From: Lingula anatina
Taxonomy: Eukaryota; Animalia; Brachiopoda
NCBI GenBank assembly: GCA_051362555.1
Contig: CM120640.1
Location: forward strand, 8,556,001 to 8,620,000
Reading direction: 5' to 3'
DNA: 64,000 bases
Shown: positions 13,201 to 24,600 of the stretch, in pieces
Layout: each line of letters opens with the position of its first letter
Position numbering within the stretch: position 1 is the stretch's first letter
The notes under the pieces: generated by a model
Database searches by the model: none
Seen by the model: the letters and a program-made list of their open reading frames with translations, nothing else
What the model was told of the DNA's origin: nothing
Position numbers and translations under genes: made by a program

Positions 13201-16200
13201 ATTCACTCTGCTAATTTTTTTCGATCGCGATCGACATTGATATAATAATTAACTTAGTACTGGTAAGATGTACTTCTGATAGTCCATATAGCACTCAAGT
13301 TTATAATTTTCTAACATCATTTTTCCTATCAGTTGAATATGGGAAATAAAAGCTCTTGTGAATGATAGGGATATAGATATAGAACCAAATATATATCCAA
13401 TATACTGAACTGGTCATTAAATGTTCAATTCAAAAGTTACCGCTGCTGTAGGCAACATATAGAACATTATCATGATAGATAACAATCCATTAGAACCACC
13501 CAAAATGGCATAGCTAGATAATTTCCAGCTACTACGTTGGCCCCTTATTGTCCACATCATACAATGTTAACTTCACTTAATATAGACAGCAATTTGTTTA
13601 CAGTAAAAGGTAAGATATGTGTTGGCTTTAAAATTCAATTATTGTCATTAATAATATTATCATTATTTTACTCACTTCATTATCCATTTGGTAAATTATT
13701 ATATGACTAAAAACAAAAGGTCTGGGTGATCCCATAACATGCTATGCACTTCTGAATTACAATAAACCCCCCAACATAAGTGTTTTAAAAAACCATTAAC
13801 TTGAAACACAATATGTACAATGTAGTAATACATCACATTTCAAGCTAAGTGAACCACAACATAAAAAACCTATTGAGCATATTCTGGGAAAATGCCCCAC
13901 CCAAAAAATACTATATTTGCCAATGTACAAATTATTAAAAGTTAACATTCACACAAACCACAACAAAAATTCCAGTTAACTCTAAAACAGTAGCTATGGT
14001 AACATTAATGCCAGTGATTGCGAAAGAGATTGAAAACTTACCAGACATGTGGGCTGGAGCAAATTAAATTTTGTCAGCCCACACCTTTTTTTACCGGCCC
14101 ACAACAAAATAATCAAGCTGTATATTTTCACTTCATTTTTGATGAATATTATTGTGTGGCATTTTAAATTGTTGCTTTTTAATTTTCAGGCCAGATGTAA
14201 TAGGATGTTTAAAGGTTTAAGTTTAAACGTCTTTCATTTTGGTTGCTTTCTGGCATTTAAGTTTTATCCTTTTTACATCTGGGTTGCCTATCTTAATTTT
14301 TAATCTTTTAACACAAGATCATGTATCCTTTGTAAATTTTATTCCAATTTTTGTCTTAAATTAAAACATAAGTCATAGTGAAGTGGAGCTTCCAACTTTT
14401 GTAACGTTTTTTAGATTTTCACTCTTGGAAAAATGCTTGTCTGTTAGCAGGGATTGTCCTGGGTCAAAATCTGGTCGGGCCATTTTGGCCCACTTGGTCA
14501 AAAAAAGTGTGCCATTTTTTAAAAATGTGTGCCGTGAATTATTTAAAGAAAATTCATTGTATTTCAATATTTTTTTATATGATTAAAATCAATGAAAAAA
14601 GGCTTAATGCTACTACTCTGAAGTCCTAAATAATTGTAGTGTGTGGAAAAATCTTCCAAAATAAACATACTGTCTGAAAAATTGTACAGTACTTAATGGA
14701 AAAATCTTCAGAATTGATAATTGCACTATGCCAAATAATTGCACTACATGGAAAAGGTAGACAAATCCCATTTTTATTGTAAAATAAAGCTATTGCTCTC
14801 ATAGCAGGCCCGTAGCCAGCAATTTTAAAAGGGGGGGAGGGTCTTTTTCCATAAAAACGCCATGTACCTAGATCAAATTTTACCAAGAGTGGACCTTTTG
14901 TCAGCATAAGAGGCGGTTCCTTCGAAACCCCTGAATCATCCCTGGCTACGGGCCAGAGTCTGAAAAGATTTTTTATTCAATATCTAAGACTAAAGTTTAG
15001 ATGAATATACTGTAATGGACAGTTTTGCACCCTGACTGTACCATTGCGGATTTTCCGCATGGAAAATGATGTTGTCCCTCATTTTGACATATAGCACCGC
15101 TAAGGGCGCAATATGACTTAAAATATCCGTTAAAATTACTTAAGAGCACCCATCTAAAAAGCAAATGAATATTTCACTTATCGTTTACTCAACATGCAGT
15201 CCGACGGAAGCCATACTTGTTTACCCAGCACGTGTAGTTAGGTGTTCTCAGAGGTCCGCGCGTGGCCAGTCGTAAGCAGTTTGAGCGGCCTGTTTTCAGA
15301 GTCTTGAGCAGTACATTTTTCATTGACCTGTAGTTGTTTCAGTTTCGATACATTTTTTTGTGAAACAGGTCACATGTCAGCCCTCACACCATCGCTACGC
15401 ACACTTCAAGCGACATCATAATGTACGTAGACCTTTATTACAAAACGCGCTAGTATGGCGCAAGTTAAAGTTTTACTTGCGAATAGTGCGTACTTAGAGC
15501 TTTACGATAAATTCAAATATGAGGCGAGGTGTCTGTTAAAGAAACTGACTTTAGTCCGTCGGACATGTGGGCCGATGAGTTAAAAGGGTTTTCCAGCCCA
15601 CAGAACTTTTGCCGGCATATGGCCGTGGTCCGACGGCTTTCGCAATCACTGTAATGCTTTTTTTTAATATAACATTTATAAATAATAATCTTTATTTTTC
15701 GAAACCATCCGTTTGGCCTTGGGTATAGATTTTCGGTAGGTATTTTTCAAAAAATAGATCAACCTAACTAATGTACCGGGTCAATATCATATGCATAATT
15801 TAATACCAAAACTTTTGAAATATTTCGAAGTCAATGCCAGTAAACAGTTACTATGGGAACTCGGTGACTTATTGATTCCAACACTCACCTCTTCCACTGA
15901 GAGGGGAAGTACAATGCGGCTGAAAAATAAACAACACAAAATTTTGATAGTTTAGAAATGAACATTTCACAAATAGAGCCAAATATCAATGTAGTATGAC
16001 TGTGAAACAGTACCAGCAATTAAAGCACGCTCACACTAGCATCTATCTCACTCAGTGACTCACCGAATTCACTTCTTATTTCGCATTCATTCATTGTCAA
16101 CTATTGTAAGATGTCTTAAGGGCTACCTTACTTGTTTTAAACCTGAACTGATACATTTTAATATCACTGTTTCGTCAGGTTTAACTGAGATTGAAACAGC

Positions 16201-16241
16201 AACCGGCCACAATATAGTACTTACAATTCCTTGATTAACAT
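7254..16241 (-). CDS. Class I phosphatidylinositol transfer protein (PITP alpha/beta-like), 271 aa
   Basis: Exons 16241-16225, 15919-15889, 12654-12482, 10193-10094, 9561-9487, 9220-9140, 8418-8341, 8138-8043, 7845-7723, 7295-7254 sum to 816 nt. Translation: [106 protein letters not shown]. Likely a single pro-orthologue of PITPNA/PITPNB. Confidence 0.96.
14012..15651. mobile_element. Non-autonomous hAT-like DNA transposon, 15-bp TIR, 6-bp TSD, in PITP intron 2
   Basis: TIRs cagtgattgcgaaag / ctttcgcaatcactg, flanked on both sides by taatgc. A subterminal motif (gacatgtggg...cagcccaca) occurs near both ends. No transposase ORF. Confidence 0.85.
14805..14956. mobile_element. MITE (caggcccgtagccag family) nested in the hAT-like element
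   Basis: TIR caggcccgtagccag / ctggctacgggccag. Internal sequence (ctagatcaaattttacc..ggacctttt) is shared with the copy at 40341-40506. Confidence 0.8.
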
Positions 16242-16691
16242 CTTTCCTGCCTTTCACGGGGTGGAACAAATGACGTCATAAGCTGAGGGCTCTACGGGCA
16301 AACCGACTAAAGAAATTTTCAATTTATTTTGGAGAATGAATATCATCAAAGTCACTTATGATAAGATAGGTAAATAATTTTAAAGAATATATTGAGTATT
16401 TAATTATCTTTTGCACTAAATATTCCACTTAATCGTAATTCCGCATTTTTGTTCAGGTCAAAGTCCAAGTTTTTCTTCTCTCCGCGTAAAAGCCTCTGTT
16501 AAGATGACCTTATTTTTAATGTTAAAGTGAGTTTCATTTTTTAAGTTATTATTCAGTTGAATATCACTCTGAATATCACTTTGATACACTTATGGATGAA
16601 TTAGATGCTGTGAAAACTCTTGCAACTCAGTATATGACCATTAAGTCTCATTAAGTATTGAGCTGGGTTTTTCTTGGATGCAGACGTAAAC
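16242..16691. promoter_or_regulatory. Bidirectional promoter between PITP (-) and the membrane-protein gene (+)
   Basis: 450 bp separate the head-to-head start codons. CpG is retained locally, with a palindromic CRE TGACGTCA at 16271-16278 and YY1-like aaacatggcagc and ETS-like cttccgg motifs at the + gene start. Confidence 0.6.
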
Positions 16692-19600
16692 ATGGCAGCT
16701 TCCGGTCTGGAGATGGTCACTTGTGCATTTTTCCTAGTTTTTGATGTGTTAGCAGTCTATGGAGGACGGAAATCACTTACTGAATCATGGCACAAGATCA
16801 TTTTACGTGACAATACCTTGGTACATGCTTATTCTCGTTATTACGATTGGAATCTAACCAACTGGGTCAAGAGTTTGAGTGCCACATCACTTGCCTGACA
16901 TTGGCTGACAAGATTTCAGCGAACCGTTTGCCTCTCTATCTGCAGCATTCCTATATATTTTTGAATAACATAACATAATGATATGACGTGCTTGCCATGA
17001 AGTCAAAAGTTAATTTATTTAACAGTGTGCATTAAAATGTAGCTGTTTGAAGTAATAAAGATACAATCCAAAAATATCCTTTTTTCAGTCAGATTGATAA
17101 TATTTATTTTGTAATGTGCACAGTGCGTATATTTTTTAATCAGTTTTAATATGTTGGGAACTTGAAAATGAGTACTTTTCTTTTTCACAGGTGAAACCAG
17201 AGCATATATCAGAGTTCAAACCAAGGGCACTTCCATACCACATTGTCAACAGGATACCCCCACCGGTTCTCTCCAGCAGTCAAAATGCACATTATGAAAC
17301 ATATCACAAACATAGAACTACTTTTATGAAAAGGAAAAGAGGTGCAATAATGAATCATTTACTTTTTAAACGTAGGACTAGGGATGTCAATTCAACTGAA
17401 GAACAAGTATCAAAGGGCTCTTTAAGACAAAGCAATGTTTCCAACTGGCAAATCTCCAATGATTCACAACCAGACCATAGTTTTGATAAGTCCAAGCAAA
17501 TTAACATATCTAGTACTATAACAACTACAGTGGTCAGTCCAGTGCCATCCACCACAATTGCACTGACTGAAACCACCATTCCTGCAGCAATTTTGAATAC
17601 TTCAACTCCTAAAACTGTGCCGGTAAAAACATTGACTAGTGCAATGGTAGTGCCAAGTACTCCAAACCATGCTACAGCGTTAAGGACAACAACTGAAGGC
17701 AGACCAACAGAAATTGAAATACACATACCTACAGTTAAACTAAATGCAAGTAGCACAGTACCCAGCAATTCCTCTCAGGGACTACACAAGTTCTTTTTCA
17801 TTAAATATAGGTACAGTATGCTTCAACTTTTTACTCACGCTCGGCTGTCACCTTGATTGGATAGTAAACCGTTGTCGTAAAATCGCTAAAAGATATTAAA
17901 ACCCGGTGCATAAACTTGAAAACCACCTAGGACAACCTCAGACTGCCACATTAATCCAATACAATGCAAAAATAAACTATAACAAGTGGTTAAAGCCTTC
18001 AAACCGAATGTCGTAAAGTCCCCATATACCTCCATAGAGACAATAAAATAGAAGAAGCTTGTGAAACAAGAAAAATCCAGTTCCAACATAATAATCGAAA
18101 TAAAATACTGCCGGGCATCGGAGCGGCCTAAAACTTGATGTTTGAATTGGTCCTCTCTACAATCCAATTCAGGAAATGACGTAACCGCAGAGGTCGCATT
18201 GTCCAATGGCATGGCTTCTTTTTCGTAATGGTAGGTTAGAGAGGACCAATTCAAACATCAGAGGTGGAATTTGGATATACGGTTTGATTGTGCGTATGCC
18301 ATGCACGGAATTTACAAACGAGCGACGGGATGATGTAGCCTGCAGTATTAGCGGTAAGCGTGCCAAGTTTTAGGCCGCTCCGATGCCTGGCAGTATTTTA
18401 TTTCGATTATTATGTTGGAACTGGATTTTTCTTGTTTCAGAAGCTTATTCTATTTTATTGTCTCTATGGAGGTATATGGGGACTTTACGCCATTCGGTTT
18501 GAAGGCTTTAACCACTTGTTATAGTTTATTTTTGCATTGTATTGGATTAATGTGGCAGTCTGAGGTTGTCCTAGGTGGTTTTCAAGTTTATGCACCGGGT
18601 TTTAATATCTTTTAGCGATTTTACGACAACCGTTTACTATCCAATCAAGGTGACAGCCGAGCGTGTTTTTACTGAAAAAAGCAAAACTAAGTTTTAAAGA
18701 ACTAGATATTATAGATAATAAGGTAATTTGCAAATTACTTCTCTATTGAAAGCAAGTTTAGAACACTGATATAAAAGTGAAAAAAGACATTGCAGAATTT
18801 GTTCACATATCCTATTTTACAAGGTGATAACAGTCCAAAGAATTAGTTAGTACTTTTTCTTCTTAACCAGCATACCAAAATCTCGGGTAAAACATTTGCA
18901 CCTATCGTAAAATGATTTAAAAAAATTTTATATTTTTTAATTCAGGAACAGAGATTCTTTTACCTCCACAGCCTGTTTAACTGGATTACTTATGTTACTG
19001 TTTGTTGGAGTGTGGTATACAAAAATGTGGCAAAAGAGAGTTATTCCATACGAAAATCATGATGAATCCATGAATTATGTCAGTGTCAGAGGTATGTGCA
19101 ATTATATTTAACAAATAATAGCCTCGTAGCCAGTAGACCTGGGTTTTGAACCTTTCATAAAAAGCGAAGGTGAAAAGAACTTGCAATAAATTGGGACATG
19201 CTAGGTTTTAGATTAATATACCATTTTTTATTGTTTCTTAAAACATTTTGTTTTCTTTTATATTTAAAAGTCAATGACAGAAATGTTCACTTGTATTGTT
19301 AGGTTTGATAGGGTAAGTAAGATGTTCTTCATTGGCAGAAGAATAATGGATGTGTCCATCTACACACAACCAACTCAAAAAGTTTTCATCACCTCATAAG
19401 CATTCCCACTGGGTTTTCAATTTATTCTTTTATTATTATTTAAAAAAAATTTTCCCACAATCTGATTTCATTTTCAAAAACATAAGGCTTTTGGTTTTCA
19501 GACTTGATATATCCTAAGAAACCTAAAATAAGAGTATATTAGCACATTTTCCAGGTGGAGAGCATATTAAAATTTTATGTTACTCTAATTATGTCAGAAT

Positions 19601-19956
19601 TGCGTGTATGTGATAAATTTTGAATAAAGCAAAGTATATTTGTAATATTTTAGCTTTATTATATATTTCACATTTTCAGATATATACCAATTCCATATAC
19701 ACATATCTTAAAGCATTACAGAGATTTTTATAATGTTTAACTCGGCAAAAAAAAAATAATAATTTCAGAAAATTTCAATAAATCTCTTGGTTTTTTTTTC
19801 TTTTCAGATATTATAAAGAGCAAAGCCAGATTTCTGCCCATGTTCAGAAAGAAAGTCCGTTGGCTGAAAAGAAAGAAAAAAGGTCCAAAGGCAGCAATGA
19901 AACCACTCTTAGCAGCATCTTCTGACAGTGAAGAGGATCTCTATACACAGATCTGA
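16692..19956 (+). CDS. Uncharacterised type I single-pass membrane protein (~347 aa): signal peptide, S/T/P-rich stalk, TM helix, acidic-cluster tail
   Basis: Phase-consistent exons 16692-16820 (alternative in-phase donor at 16865), 17191-17810, 18946-19091, 19808-19956. N-terminus MAASGLEMVTCAFFLVFDVLAVYG; TM TACLTGLLMLLFVGVWY; tail ..KPLLAASSDSEEDLYTQI*. Confidence 0.8.
17836..18665. mobile_element. Foldback DNA element with 302-bp inverted arms and 8-bp TSD
   Basis: Arms 17836-18137 and 18364-18665 differ at 5 positions by my count. Flanked by tttttact on both sides; termini CACG..CGTG. Internal perfect 24-bp inverted repeat at 18136-18159 / 18237-18260. Confidence 0.92.
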
Positions 19957-20593
19957 TACAGTGCCTTCCATTGGCAGTTCATGTTAATGGATATGGCCCA
20001 TTAGATGATCTGCTTATAATGACTGTGATATTCTTCTACATGCAATAATCCATTTGGTGCAAAATAGACGTTTTTCTTTCATTAGTCCCTATTACCTTAA
20101 AAACAATTGACATCCTAACAAAACATTGAAATTACCATCTTTAAAGACATACCTCTGTCATATGCCTGAAATCCATGACAACTAGACAAAATCATGGTTT
20201 AAAATGCTTAAGAGCCCATATATAGAATGAATATTTGTAATTAAGGCAGTGGACTGGAAAGGAAAGATGATGGCAGGAACAGGTTTTTTGTGGGCTAGTT
20301 CCCTGCCACACTGACATTATTTGTAAGAAACTGAACATTAAGAAAATTTTGATCATTTAAGCACCATGGAAATATAGTGTGCAACCAACATTGTGAGAGA
20401 TTACCTATGATTGTCAGTTTTTTTATCAGTCATAATTCACTTTGTATGTCAAGTATTCAGAATCCATCTGAATTCAACATGTAGATTTTATTATTCAGTT
20501 TAGTAAACTGAAGAAAGCTGAAGTTAAGAGCTTTTGTATGCCATTGCCCATTTCTATTGAATTAAGTCATTGCATGAATATCAATTTCCCTGG

Positions 20594-20596
<3 letters not shown>

Positions 20597-20639
<43 letters not shown>
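20597..20639. repeat. Poly(T) tract of about 43 nt
   Basis: Uninterrupted T run. Confidence 0.9.
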
Positions 20640-20642
<3 letters not shown>

Positions 20643-20674
20643 TAAAGATGAAAACCTGAAGTAGTCCAACTTTA

Positions 20675-21174
20675 AGGTACACTCCATAAGATTTATGCCA
20701 AAACCGATTTTCCTAGGCAAATCAGGGGCGGATTTAGGGCGTCTTCTGGGTCTTCCGGAAGACGGTCAGATTTTCAAGTTTACATTGACGGGTATCTAAT
20801 TTTTTCTGTCGGAAGACGGTCAAAAATGGAGGATGGATCAACAAAGAAAATTTGGAAGACTGTCAGAAAATAACTCTGGATCCGCCCCTGCAAATAAACA
20901 ATCTTCTCCTACTCTTGAATCATTTACCACTCCCTCTCTGCAGTTGGATTCAACCTTTGATAAAATTTATAAAGGTTGATTTAGCTTAAAATGATTGACC
21001 AGTTGTTTTAAGAGTGACCATCTTCCTATTAGCTCCAATGGAAATATCAACATCGGGTATGCTCCAGAAAAAAATATTTATGGGGTTAAATCATTTTTAA
21101 GGTGTAAGTTTTTATAAGAAGCTGTGGATGGAAAAAAAGCATTTTGGGGATTTTCAAACCCATGGATTGTACCT
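20675..21174. mobile_element. Kolobok-like MITE (TTAA target)
   Basis: TIR aggtacactccat / atggattgtacct (1 mismatch); flanks ttta and ttaa. Confidence 0.65.
20723..20890. mobile_element. 168-bp MITE with 5-bp TSD (hAT5-like), nested in the Kolobok-like MITE
   Basis: TIR caggggcggat / atccgcccctg; TSD caaat on both sides; internal ggaagacggtca repeats. Confidence 0.85.
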
Positions 21175-21646
21175 TTAATATTTAAGGTTCATTTTCAATA
21201 TAATATTCCAAAAACTATAAAAATTTTTGATTCCAGTGTAAAATCACATAAAAGATTTTTTTATTCATTAATGGGACAGATTTACAATGATAAACTCTTA
21301 GAAAAACAAATGAAGTACAAGTCCATTACTTTCAGCAAAATGTATTTTTATGCAGTACATGTTGATTTGGTGTGCAACTAATAATCCATAATAACCATGT
21401 TCACAGGGAAAAAAATCTTTTCATGGTGCTCTGTACGTCACATTTCAAATGTACATATACATTTTTATCTGCAATAAACATTTAATTAATATAACTAGTT
21501 TATCTTAAATTTAGTGAATTTATTTTATTAACTCATATGTAGTCAGACATATATTTCAGTTGTGGGATTGATATGCAAACTTTTAAAATACTACTTTTAA
21601 TACAAATAGCTGACAAACAACTACTTAACACTTAAATTTAATAGTC

Positions 21647-24600
21647 TTAAAATTCAGATCTATCACTTTTGTTGTCAGCAATCTCCATTACTTCAGATAT
21701 TGACTGCACTCCTGCAGAGGAAGTTTGAGAATAGTCGTCTTTTTCCTTAGCAGAATGTCTCCCTGAAGCCTTGGATTTATCTTCCAGTTTTTCTTCAACA
21801 TGATCATTATCTTGTGAATAGCTTGCATGTGACCCTATCTCATCTGGTGTCTGTCCATCCTGATAAGGAGAAGCTGCACTGGAATGCAATGGTGATTTTG
21901 TGTCTTCAGATCTTTTTGACTGCGAACTTGTTCCTGATAGTGATTTGAGGACTTCCTTCACATCTTTTGACCTGCTACTCTGTGACTTCTCTGATTTAGA
22001 TTTCCCCGATTTTTCAGACTCAGATTTCTCAGACCTCTTAGTCTCGTCCTTCTCAAGGTTCTCCTTTTTTGAACTTTGATTGTGAGAACCAGCCGACTTG
22101 TCCAATTCACCCATGGACATCTTACCACTGAGACTAGAATGAGAAGACTTGCCTTTTGAGTCACCCTTGGATGAATGAGAATAGGTTGACACAGAGGTTG
22201 GGGATCTGTCTGTGTGTGACTGCTTCAAATACTCTTCATTTCTACTGCCCTTTTCAGTCGAGTTGTTGGGCCATTTAAATTGCTTTGCTTTTCTTTCTTG
22301 GTGTAGATAGTCATCTTGCTCTGCAGAAAGCTTTGCCCCTTGGAAGTTGGGGTGTGGTTTTGATTGGACCTGCACCTCCTGACTTACTAGAGGTGGTCTG
22401 GTTTCTGGTGGAGCAGCAAATTCTGTGCTGAACACATAACCTGCTATCTCACTGTTGATGTTGTCCAGTTCCTGAGCAACTCCTTCTACACAGCTGTCCA
22501 CAATCTCATCAGCAATGCTGAAATATTGTACAACAATTACATCTTAAATGTATGTGTTGTGTTGGATATATTAACAAAGTAGTAAGTGCAAGTCATGGAC
22601 ATATGTAAGAAAGTATAAAATATATAATTAGATTTTGTTAAATGTATTTTATGCAGATGAATAAAAAGTAACCATTTTTTAACTTAAAGAAAAGTGGTAC
22701 AATGATATATCTTACTCCTCAACCAGTTTCCATGGGTCAAATTTACCAACAGCCTGGTGTGATACTCGTTTTAGATGCCTTTCAAACTGTTCTCTGTATT
22801 CTTTGATACTCTCCACCTGTTCTTGTGGCATATGCAACTTTACTTTGTTTATTGTAGGTGCTATCGAACCCTCCTTTTGTTCCCATGTCATCTGAGATAA
22901 TCTATGTGCAGCATCTCTGTCTTGGGTTTTCTTGGTGAAGACGATAAGATCTTTTAGGTTGCTCCTCTCTGGAGTGCTGCTGAAAAGATGAATAAATATT
23001 CACATTAAGATTAAAAACACATTTAGTGTTTATGGCCAGGAAAAAGATAACAGTTCAATAAGTTGGAAGATTAATTTTGATCTAACTGAATAAAAACATT
23101 AAGATATGCTGGAAAAAGAGCCAAATTATTACTGCAGCATCATCATGCATCCTGATTGAAAAATCAATGCACTCTACATCCTGCACTAATGGGTTAAAAA
23201 AACAAACTAACTAACCTTTGCCTATGAGTCTGTGGTACAGGCTGCAGGAAAGCCATGGCCTGCCGTCTCTGTTGCTCCTGGTCAGACTTGCTGACATGAA
23301 TAGGAACTGGGTGCTGTGGCAGCACAGGTACATCTTCTATAAGATAATCATTCTAGCTTCAGCATGCAAACACAATATAAGTAAATCTACATACTTCCTG
23401 TTCAGATTATGTTATTATGTTGTATTCTAGGTTAAAGTGGCAATTCTTAGATATCAAGCCTAGTGCAAAACGGTACTGAAAAACAGACAATCAAGCCTTT
23501 AATTGTATGGCAGTTACCTATTTCTTCTTCTCTAGAGGCTGCATCATTGTAATCAACTGTTGTCCATCTTCTCCTAATTTCGTCTCTTTCACTCTGAAAA
23601 TGAATATCAGGTTATAGCATGGTAGAAGTGTCTGTGAAATAGGTACCTACATTTTTTACCCACATTGTACCTGAATTAGATTGATATTGGTTAAGTAATA
23701 AAAATTCGTGTAGCAAGTCCCTGGATATAGCTCATGCAGTATACTACACACACAGGTATAACAGCTTAACAGATGTGACACAAACCTCAATTTGTTCTAG
23801 CCTGTGAAGCATGCTTTCCAAGTTAGAGTGCCTTTGTCCTTCCATTTTTTTATTCGTTCTGATGTCCTCTAGTTCCTCTGCAGTATCACGGATAATATCA
23901 CTCAAAATCATGTCACTCAAAATGTCAGTATTCACTTCCACCTAAAATGTCAACAACATCAACAACAAAAAAAATAATATTCTGGGTTGTTACAGTTAAA
24001 GTAACCCAAGTGCTTGTATATAACAAATCAACATTTGACCAAGTACTGAAAATAAAAGCTAGTGGCAATGGGGAAAACCTTTCATTCCTGAAGTCAGCCT
24101 TACCTGTTCTGTGATTTTGTCTGACAGCCGGTGTCTAAGAGACTGCTGACTTAACCTCTGCTCTGCTGCATGAGTTTCCGATATTTCCTTAGTGAGAGAA
24201 AATAATACAATTATCTCAAAAATCAATTAGAAAAATTTGAGGCACAGGAAAAACTGCTTGGACATCAACACATAAAACAACATCATTGTTATCAACAGCT
24301 TTCTAAATTAATATCAACCTTTTGTAATGAAATTGGCACGTCTAACTGGCAAGATCTGTAATAAAGTATAGCACCTATCTCTACCACAGTACAGAAACCT
24401 CTAATTAATGTTTGCAGATAGACAGTATCTCTAAACTTAACTTTACTGTATAGATGTGTAGTGTTGATGTTTGCTTTTACTAGGCATGATGCTTCAGTTA
24501 CCTGGGCTTGCTGTAGTAATGGCTGTAATCTTCTCCTAATTTCAGCCTCAGCTTCAGATACCAGTTCTCTTGCCTGTTGTCTTTCAGCTCTAATAAATAA

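Noticed and set aside
16056-16095. Alternative coding first exon of PITP (ATG..GAATTCG|GTGAGT on minus strand)
   Set aside because: The ATG frame is out of phase with exon 2 and the in-phase frame contains TGA; at most a non-coding exon.
17355-17768. 137-aa hydrophobic minus-strand ORF
   Set aside because: Antisense shadow of the Thr/Ser/Pro-rich exon (ACN codons read as Val/Gly).
17886-18615. Two near-identical ORFs on opposite strands (17886-18254 -, 18412-18615 +)
   Set aside because: They are the two arms of the foldback element, with no protein-like features.
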